Below are positions 57,232-64,000 of a DNA stretch of 64,000 nucleotides, in pieces (positions within the stretch are counted from its first letter, which is position 1; each line of letters begins with the position of its first letter). The position numbers and the translations under genes were made by a program. The notes under the pieces were generated by a model. The model did no database searches, was not told the origin of the DNA, and saw only the letters and a program-made list of their open reading frames with translations. The stretch comes from Mycobacteriales bacterium (GTDB lineage Bacteria; Actinomycetota; Actinomycetes; JAFAQI01), in assembly GCA_035695045.1 (NCBI GenBank), contig DASSEX010000051.1, forward strand, positions 73,543-137,542, read 5' to 3'.

Positions 57232-60200
57232 TCAGCCGGGGATCGCGAAGACCGGCTTTCCGTTGGCGCACCAGGGGTTGTCCGGCACGCCCCGGCACGG
57301 GTTGGGCATCGTCTGCTTCGCTCCCGGCCGCGGGCCCGCGCCCTTGTAGTCCTTCGGCTCGGTGATGCCAACCGCGTTGAGCGCCGTCATGATGCTGACG
57401 ATCGGGTCGCCCGGTTGGTAGATGCCGCGGCCGTTCTGGCGCAACGGGTTCTCGTCGCCGCAGGTGTCGAGGTTGGCCAGGCCAGGCGGGTCGACGGTGG
57501 CCGGTTTGGTGTGGCCGCCGGTCTTGTCGACGTTGCCGTCGATGCAGTTCTGGATGCTCGTTCCGTCAAGGCCGATGTCGGCGTCGCCGGGGCCGCCCGC
57601 GTAGCCGACGTGGATGAACGTGTTCTTGAGCACCTGGTTGTTCATCGGCGGAGCGAACAGCCAGTGCAGGATCACACCGTCGTGCATCTCGTTCTTGATG
57701 AGGTTGTCGCGGATGATGTTGTCCGAGCCGCCGGCGATCTCGATGCCGTCACCGACGGGCGCGATGGCGGTGATGCCGGCGCCGGGCACGTCGTGGTCGT
57801 TGTTGTCGTGCACGTAGTTGCCGACGATGTTGACGCCCTGCTGCGGCGGGTCCGGCTCGCTGGTGAGCGTGTTGGGCACGATGCCACTCGCGTTGTGGTC
57901 CCACTCGCTGTCGAGCAGGTAGAGCTCGCCGCCGGCGTTGGTGCCGGAGTAGCCGATGGCGTTCTTCTCCGCCTTCGAGTCGACGATGACGGCGTGGCAG
58001 TCGCGGCAGCCGCCGATGTAGATGCCGCTGTCGGCGTTCCAGGACGCATAGTCGTGCGCGAACGTGCCCGGGAGCTTGCCGCTGTTGGTCGAGTCGTAGG
58101 CGTAGAGGCCGTAGTCACCGTTGTTGTAAGCGGTGAGGTAGTTGCCCCACCAACCGTCCACGCCGGTCCAGTAGAACGCGTTGGCCGAGCCGGTGAGGTA
58201 GTTCTCACCGGTCATGTTCTCGACCCACGTGTTGTTGACGCCCTGCACGTGCACTGCGGAGCCGCCGGTCTTCTTGCCGTCGAAGACGACGGTGTTGCGG
58301 TTCATGCCACGGATGTGCAGGCCGCTCGTCAGGCCATGACCCGGCTGCACGGTGACCGACTCCTTGTAGGTGCCGGGCCAGACCAGGATCCAGTCGCCGT
58401 TGCTCGCGTGCGACACGGCCAGCGACAGCGACCGGTAGTAGCTCGCACCGTGCGGACAACCGCGTGAGCCGTTGCACACGAGCAGCACGTGCGGCTTCGC
58501 CGCCTGGGACGGGACAGCAGCCACGCCCGCTCCGATCATGCCCATGGCGGCAACGAGAGCGACGACCCAGCGAGGCCTGCTCATGTGAACTCCTTTCCAG
58601 GTGCGCACGCGGATGCGTGGCAGACGTACGACGGCAAGCCGCGTGCGCGCGGCGAGCAGGACGAGCGCGGTCTCGACCGCAACTGAAGCGGTGCCCCACG
58701 AGTCGGCCCAGTGGCCTACGTGGTCAGGGATCTGCGGCAGGCCGACGGTGCGGCTGAGGACGTAGCCGATGACGGTGGCGACGGAGGCCGCCGCAACGGT
58801 GCGGTCGAGGACTCTGCTCGGGCCGCGAGCGGCGACGCTGAGTGCTGCCACGCCGGCGCCGACGATGAGCAGGCCGAAGCCTGCTGCGAGGTACGGCGCC
58901 TCGTGCAGCTTGTCGAGCAGGTCGGACGCGTGCGTCACCGCGACTCCGGCGAGGAGCAGGACGAATGCTCCGCGGATCGCGAGGTCACGAACGGACGTCG
59001 TACGGCGGCGGCGCCACAGCAGCACGAGAGCCAGGAGCGGCAGCTCGACCGACAGCACCCAGCCGAGCCGGACGAGCGTGCGGGCCCAGCTCGGGGCAGC
59101 GGCAAGGGGGCGCATCGACGCCATCTGCGTCATCGGGTGCCGAGCCGCGCCGCTCATGTCCATCGACACGGGCGACGACTTCGACGGACCGAGGTGGTAG
59201 CCGGTCGGCAGTGGCAGTCCGGCCTTCTTCACCACGGCGAACTGCGCCATCATGCCGTGGTCCTCGTGGTCGAGCATGTGGCAATGGATCATGAAGACGC
59301 CGGTGTAGTCGGTGAACTTCGCCGCGACCTCGACGCTGTCGCCCGGATCCAGCCGCCAGGTGTCCTCGACCGCCTCGTAGGGCGGAGGTGGCTGCCCGTT
59401 GTAGGCGATCGTCCGCCACTGCTCTTCGTGCAGGTGGATGTAGTGGGTGATCGGTGACAGGTTCTGCAGCAGCCACGTCTGCGTGGATCCGAGTGGCACC
59501 TCGAGGTCGACCCGGCTCGGGTCGTAGCGATGCCCGTTGACCGTCCAGTAGGTGCCGGACGTCGCATCCCCACCGAGACCGAAGGTCCAGACGGCGCTCG
59601 GCGTCGACGGCGGTGAGAGCTTCGGCAGCGGCTCGAGGTGCGCCGGCACCCGCGTCGTGTCCTTGACCCGCCTGGTCACGCGGAACTGCATGATCTGCGC
59701 ATCCGGCGTGCCGATGCCACCCGGGTCGTTGTCGGTGCGCGGAACACTGACCAGCTGGATCTTCTTGCCGAAGTCACGGCCGAAGTCGACGACGACGTCA
59801 GCCCGCTGCGCCGGGCCGAGCAGGATGTCGGTACGTGACACCGGTTTCGGGAGCAGGCCCGCGCCGGTGCCGACCTGCATGAACGGCTGTCCGTTGGACA
59901 GCTTGAAGTCGTAGGACTGGAACCCCGAGCCGTTGAGCAGGCGCAGGCGGTAGCGGTGGGTGCCGACGTCGAAGTGCGGCGCCCAGACACCGTCGACCAG
60001 GATGTGGTCGCCGACCGTGGCGTCACCCGGGGCGGCGTAGGGCCCGGTGAACTTGCTCTGCGTGTTGTCGTAGCCGTCGCCGGTGTGATGGAACGGTTCG
60101 GTGAGCTGGTTGTTCTGGTCGAACGACCGGTCGCTGATCAGCAGCGGGACGTCGTACTGGCCCTTGGGAAGCGGCAGCCGGCGCTCGACGGCGTCCGACG

Positions 60201-61080
60201 TGATGAACATCCCCTGCAGGCCGTTCCAGACGTTGCGGCCGGTCACGTCCATGCGGTGGTCGTGGTAGAAGTCGAACGCCGCCCGCTCGGGCTTGCCGCC
60301 GTCGGTGAGCGGATAGGTGTAGGTCTTCCTCTGACCGGGCCGAATGAGCTGCGAGTCCGGAAGTCCGTCATCCGCCGACGAGTGATGGTCGCCGTGCAGA
60401 TGCACCGTGATCGAGCCGACGGCACTGCCGAGCTGGTTGACGAACGTGACGGTGGTCCGCTGGCCGGTCGGGCGGCGGATCGTGGGGCCGGGATAGCTGC
60501 CGCCGTAGGTCCACATCAGCGTCTTCGGGCCGTGCGGGAGGACACGGATGTCCTGCTCCCGGACCGGGATCGTGATGTGCGAGCCGGTCAGCGTGGGCGG
60601 GAGGCGCAGCGGCGAGTCGAAGGTCGGCTGTGCCGGTTTGCGCCCTCCACCACTGCCCTCGACGATGAGCGTCCCCTGCATGTTGGGGTGGAAGCTGCAG
60701 TAGAAGGAGTAGGTGCCGGGCGCCAGCTTGTCGGCGCCGGCGATCGTCGACGTCGTACCAGGCAGCGCGTTGCCGTTGAACAGCGGCGAGCCGTTGGCGT
60801 CCTTGGCGACCGACGTGACGGTGTGCGCCAGCTCGTCGAGGTTGACGAACGTCAGGGGCATGCCCTGCGTGATGACGACGACCTTCGAGTAGTAGCCGGT
60901 GACCGCACCACCCGGACCGGCGACGACCGCGCCGGTCAGCGGAGTGGGGCCGGTCGGCACGTTGCCCAGGACCATGCCGGGCCGCTGCGGACCCGCGGTC
61001 GCGAGCGGGGCCACGGCGTACGCAGCGGCCGCCAGCACGGAAATGGCAGCCGCCACCACACGTCGCCGGGTCAGGAGCAC
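57232..61080 (-). CDS. Cupredoxin + three-domain multicopper oxidase + membrane domain + right-handed beta-helix (single ORF with an internal in-frame start at 58584)
   Basis: Tat-like TRRR leader; cupredoxin H...YCSFHPNM; MCO motifs HLHG, YHDH, HYIHLH, HCHMLDHEDHGM; TM domain with YVLSRTVGLP; C-terminal parallel beta-helix repeats. Confidence 0.8.
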   Translation of the reverse strand: MLLTRRRVVAAAISVLAAAAYAVAPLATAGPQRPGMVLGNVPTGPTPLTGAVVAGPGGAVTGYYSKVVVITQGMPLTFVNLDELAHTVTSVAKDANGSPLFNGNALPGTTSTIAGADKLAPGTYSFYCSFHPNMQGTLIVEGSGGGRKPAQPTFDSPLRLPPTLTGSHITIPVREQDIRVLPHGPKTLMWTYGGSYPGPTIRRPTGQRTTVTFVNQLGSAVGSITVHLHGDHHSSADDGLPDSQLIRPGQRKTYTYPLTDGGKPERAAFDFYHDHRMDVTGRNVWNGLQGMFITSDAVERRLPLPKGQYDVPLLISDRSFDQNNQLTEPFHHTGDGYDNTQSKFTGPYAAPGDATVGDHILVDGVWAPHFDVGTHRYRLRLLNGSGFQSYDFKLSNGQPFMQVGTGAGLLPKPVSRTDILLGPAQRADVVVDFGRDFGKKIQLVSVPRTDNDPGGIGTPDAQIMQFRVTRRVKDTTRVPAHLEPLPKLSPPSTPSAVWTFGLGGDATSGTYWTVNGHRYDPSRVDLEVPLGSTQTWLLQNLSPITHYIHLHEEQWRTIAYNGQPPPPYEAVEDTWRLDPGDSVEVAAKFTDYTGVFMIHCHMLDHEDHGMMAQFAVVKKAGLPLPTGYHLGPSKSSPVSMDMSGAARHPMTQMASMRPLAAAPSWARTLVRLGWVLSVELPLLALVLLWRRRRTTSVRDLAIRGAFVLLLAGVAVTHASDLLDKLHEAPYLAAGFGLLIVGAGVAALSVAARGPSRVLDRTVAAASVATVIGYVLSRTVGLPQIPDHVGHWADSWGTASVAVETALVLLAARTRLAVVRLPRIRVRTWKGVHMSRPRWVVALVAAMGMIGAGVAAVPSQAAKPHVLLVCNGSRGCPHGASYYRSLSLAVSHASNGDWILVWPGTYKESVTVQPGHGLTSGLHIRGMNRNTVVFDGKKTGGSAVHVQGVNNTWVENMTGENYLTGSANAFYWTGVDGWWGNYLTAYNNGDYGLYAYDSTNSGKLPGTFAHDYASWNADSGIYIGGCRDCHAVIVDSKAEKNAIGYSGTNAGGELYLLDSEWDHNASGIVPNTLTSEPDPPQQGVNIVGNYVHDNNDHDVPGAGITAIAPVGDGIEIAGGSDNIIRDNLIKNEMHDGVILHWLFAPPMNNQVLKNTFIHVGYAGGPGDADIGLDGTSIQNCIDGNVDKTGGHTKPATVDPPGLANLDTCGDENPLRQNGRGIYQPGDPIVSIMTALNAVGITEPKDYKGAGPRPGAKQTMPNPCRGVPDNPWCANGKPVFAIPG

Positions 61081-61173
61081 CCTTCTGGGTTCGACGGCAA
61101 CCGGCGATGATCCTTCCGGAGCAGGCGCTTGACCGGCTCGACCCGCCTACGGCCGGCTCGACCGCCCATCGAG

Positions 61174-61222
61174 TGGTACGAAAATGGCCTTTTGCGAGCG
61201 GGAAAAGCCCACGTTCGTACCA
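61174..61222. terminator. Hairpin between the acyl-CoA synthetase and MCO genes
   Basis: TGGTACGAA / TTCGTACCA outer stem, CTTTT/AAAAG inner stem. Confidence 0.45.
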
Positions 61223-61268
61223 GTCGGTGAGACGACCTGGACCATCAACCGTCGCGGAGCCGGCTCGG

Positions 61269-62903
61269 TCAGGACTTCTTCTCGTCCTCGTCGTCCTTGA
61301 GCTTGCGCTTCAGGACCTTGCCCGTCTCGTTGCGCGGCAGCTCGTCGTGGATGACGACCTCGCGCGGGACCTTGTAGTTGGCCAGCGACTTCTTGACGTG
61401 CGCACGAAGGTCGTCTGGGTCGGCCGAGGCGCCGTCGCGCAACGCGACGTGCGCCACGAGCGCTTGCCCGAACCGCTCGTCAGGTACGCCGACCACGGCC
61501 GCGTCGGCGACGTCCGGATGCTGGTGCAGGAGATCCTCGACCTCGGCCGGAAAGACGTTCTCGCCACCCGAGACGATCATGTCGTCGTCGCGACCCTCCA
61601 CGAAGAGTCGACCGTCCTTGATCCGACCCACGTCGCCGGTCGACGTGAGCCCGCCGAGCCGCGCCTTGTCGTCTCCGTTGGTGTAGCCCTCGAACGCCGC
61701 CGAGGAGCCGGCGAAGATGCGACCCGTCTCACCGGGTGGGACGTCGTTGTCGTTGTCGTCGACGAGTCGCACGGTCACCCCACGCACCACCCGGCCCGCG
61801 GTCGCCGGGTCGGCGCGGAAGTCCGACGGCCCGGCGATGCTCACGTAGGCGACCTCGGTCGACCCGTAGAGGCTGTAGAGGACCTCACCGAACTCGTCCA
61901 TGAACTTCGTCGCCAGCGACGGTGGCAGCGCCGAGCCGGACAGCGAAACGACGCGCAGCGACGACGTGTCGCGCTTGCGCCGCTCCTCCTCCGGCAGGTC
62001 GAGGATTCGCTGGATCATGACGGGGACGGCCGCGAGCGTGTCGGCGTCGTACTTCTCCACCAGCTCCAACGTCGCCGCTGGATCAAACCGTCGGCGCATG
62101 ACGAGCGTCGACTGCAACAGCATGCCGAGAGTCAGGTTCGCGAGCCCCCATGCGTGGAACGCCGGCGCGGCGAGAACGGTCACGCCGCGCGCGCGGTAGG
62201 GGATCGCCTCGAGCACCGAGACCAGCTGCACGATGCCGGCCAGGACGCCGGGAGTCGCTCGAGCGGCGCCCTTCGGCTTGCCGGTGGTGCCCGACGTCAG
62301 GATGACGTGACGGCCCTCCCGCCCGGGCGCCGGCAGCGACGGCGCGTCCTCGGCGCCGAGCACGGCGATGCTGTCGGGTCGCTTCTCGTCGTCGGTCCAC
62401 GCGACGAGCAACGGCAGCTCCGAACCGACCTCCTCGAGGAGAGGCACGAACTCCTCGTCGGCGATGACCACGACGGCGTTCTCGGATGCCAGGACGTCAC
62501 CGAGCTGCGGACCGGCGAAGCCGGTGTTGAGGTAGAGGACGTCCGCGCCGAGCTTGCTGATCGCGACCTGCGCGACGACGAACGCCGCCGAGTTGCGTGC
62601 AAGCAGAGCGACCGCATCGCCGACGCTGACGCCGCGCTCCTTCAGCGCGTGCGCGACGGCCGTGCTTCGTCGGTCGATCTCCGCGTAGGTGACCGACTCG
62701 CGTTCGTCGATGACGGCGAGCCGGTCGGGGTTGCGGAGCGCACCGATCTCGTAGGCGGCCGCCGGCGAGCTACCCCACCTGAGGGCGGACAGGCCCATCC
62801 CGACGAGCTTGTCGGGACGCACCGGCGCCAGCAGCCCTGTGCGGGCCAGCACCTTGACGGCGGCGGCGCCGTCCCCCGCGAGACGCGTCAACGGCGACAG
62901 CAT
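61269..62903 (-). CDS. Acyl-CoA synthetase (FadD-like)
   Basis: LTSGTTGKPKG, LYGSTE, STGD, GRDDDMIVSGGENV, TGKVLKR. Confidence 0.9.
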   Translation of the reverse strand: MLSPLTRLAGDGAAAVKVLARTGLLAPVRPDKLVGMGLSALRWGSSPAAAYEIGALRNPDRLAVIDERESVTYAEIDRRSTAVAHALKERGVSVGDAVALLARNSAAFVVAQVAISKLGADVLYLNTGFAGPQLGDVLASENAVVVIADEEFVPLLEEVGSELPLLVAWTDDEKRPDSIAVLGAEDAPSLPAPGREGRHVILTSGTTGKPKGAARATPGVLAGIVQLVSVLEAIPYRARGVTVLAAPAFHAWGLANLTLGMLLQSTLVMRRRFDPAATLELVEKYDADTLAAVPVMIQRILDLPEEERRKRDTSSLRVVSLSGSALPPSLATKFMDEFGEVLYSLYGSTEVAYVSIAGPSDFRADPATAGRVVRGVTVRLVDDNDNDVPPGETGRIFAGSSAAFEGYTNGDDKARLGGLTSTGDVGRIKDGRLFVEGRDDDMIVSGGENVFPAEVEDLLHQHPDVADAAVVGVPDERFGQALVAHVALRDGASADPDDLRAHVKKSLANYKVPREVVIHDELPRNETGKVLKRKLKDDEDEKKS

Positions 62904-62925
62904 CAAGCCAGCCTCCCACGACCGT

Positions 62926-63852
62926 TCACTGCGGACTGATTCCCCACTGCCCTACCCAGGTCTGCCCCGGATCAAGAACACAGAGCGACTCCCCGCTCGC
63001 CAGGGCGTTGGGCGGCGCGGACATCGGCTCGACACCGAGCCCACGACGGCGGCGCGACTCGTCCGGGAGCGCGTCGCCCGTGAAGACCTCGAGGAACGGG
63101 TAGGCCTCGTCGACCCAGAACGCGACCGTCACGCCTGCAGGTGACGAGAGCTTGAGCCGGCAGCGACCGTCGTCGTCGCGGCGCAGGTCGGTGAAGGCGT
63201 AGTCGATCTCGGTGTCGCCGATCGGCCGGGCTGTCCGGAAGTCGTACGGCGTCCCGTCGACCGGCTGCCTGCCGACAGGGATCTGCTGCTCGCCGGTCGG
63301 AAGCCAGCTGTCCGCCGGAACCTCGAGGACGGCGTCGTCGACCTTCGGGGTTCCGACAGTGAGATAAGGATGCGCACCGTTGGCGACAGGGGCCGGACTG
63401 CTGCCGAGGTTGGTGATGCGAGTCGTGACGGTGAGGCCGTCCGTCTCGGCGAGCGTGTAGGTGTTGCGAACCCGAACCGGCCACTGGTAGCCCTGCTGCG
63501 GAAAGCTCGTGACCTCGAGCGTCACCTCGCTGTCGGACCGCTCGACGAGCGACCACCCGAGCCAGCGCACGAGGCCATGGATCGCGTTGTGCTGTGCCGG
63601 CTCGGTCAGGGCCAGTTGCTGCTTCTCGCCCTGCCAGGTCCAGGTCCCGTCCTTGACCCGGTTGGGCCAGGGCGCGAGCGTCTGGCCACGGGCGCCGTCC
63701 GCCATCGCATCGACGGCGTAGCCGTCCATGACAGCGCGGCCGTCGACGTCGTACGTGCGAAGTCCCCCTCCGACGGCCACGACGACCGCATGATGCGGCC
63801 CGGCGGAGATCTCGTGCTGCTCGCCGCTCGGCGGGATCGACGTATCGGTCAC
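62926..63852 (-). CDS. Aldose 1-epimerase family protein
   Basis: PWPNRV, HNAIHGL, HPYL, VEPM; start uncertain. Confidence 0.85.
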   Translation of the reverse strand: MTDTSIPPSGEQHEISAGPHHAVVVAVGGGLRTYDVDGRAVMDGYAVDAMADGARGQTLAPWPNRVKDGTWTWQGEKQQLALTEPAQHNAIHGLVRWLGWSLVERSDSEVTLEVTSFPQQGYQWPVRVRNTYTLAETDGLTVTTRITNLGSSPAPVANGAHPYLTVGTPKVDDAVLEVPADSWLPTGEQQIPVGRQPVDGTPYDFRTARPIGDTEIDYAFTDLRRDDDGRCRLKLSSPAGVTVAFWVDEAYPFLEVFTGDALPDESRRRRGLGVEPMSAPPNALASGESLCVLDPGQTWVGQWGISPQ

Positions 63853-63880
63853 GACCTCATCGTGCCCACTGCACACGCGT

Positions 63881-64000
63881 TCAGTTCATCGTGGGGTCAC
63901 GGGGACAGACCGCGACGGCGGCGAGGGGCCAGCCTTGACGGCGCAGCACCGCGCGCCACAGCGTCCCGGGATCGGTGAGGAACGGGTCGTCCGGCAGTGC
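63881..64000 (-). CDS. 3' end of a YqgE/AlgH (DUF179)-family gene, truncated by the window edge
   Basis: Frame translates ALPDDPFLTDPGTLWRAVLRRQGWPLAAVAVCPRDPTMN*, matching the actinobacterial YqgE/AlgH C-terminal pattern LWR.VLRRQ...P.DP..N. Confidence 0.7.
   Translation of the reverse strand, partial: ALPDDPFLTDPGTLWRAVLRRQGWPLAAVAVCPRDPTMN

Overview
High-GC (roughly 70%) actinobacterial chromosomal segment. The SsgA-family gene, WS/DGAT, two LCP genes and the clpS-mec-cysO-cysM-murI-rph-rdgB block point to a sporulating-actinomycete-like lineage (Frankiales/Acidothermales-like is an inference). About 58 CDS and one tRNA-Leu(TAG). I found no integrase, transposase, prophage, rRNA or CRISPR array. 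A conserved core (DUF3618-bcp ... tRNA-Leu-rdgB-rph-MBL-murI ... cysM-cysO-mec-DUF2017-clpS ... pncB-pncA) is interrupted by accessory genes for large secreted beta-propeller proteins, a GGR-family flavoprotein, a small secreted protein and an EamA transporter. The most notable observations are: (1) a 1282-codon ORF joining cupredoxin, multicopper oxidase, a membrane domain and a beta-helix protein, with an internal in-frame RBS and signal peptide; (2) a SARP-ATPase operon with two flanking secreted proteins and three CTAG repeats in exact 11-bp phase; (3) a large membrane protein with duplicated D-x-x-W-H...H motifs resembling PmoC/AmoC, divergent from a stand-alone cNMP-binding protein; (4) a hairpin-rich tract that is both the EamA C-terminal tail and the pncB-pncA leader, with the pncB SD sitting in a hairpin loop; (5) an unannotated 28-aa Cys-containing leader-like ORF upstream of cysO-cysM; (6) a SpoIID-FN3-CWB2/LCP/GT2 envelope locus with a shared promoter motif; (7) DnaA-box-like sites upstream of a pseudo-receiver EAL phosphodiesterase. 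All calls come from reading motifs by eye; no database searches were run.
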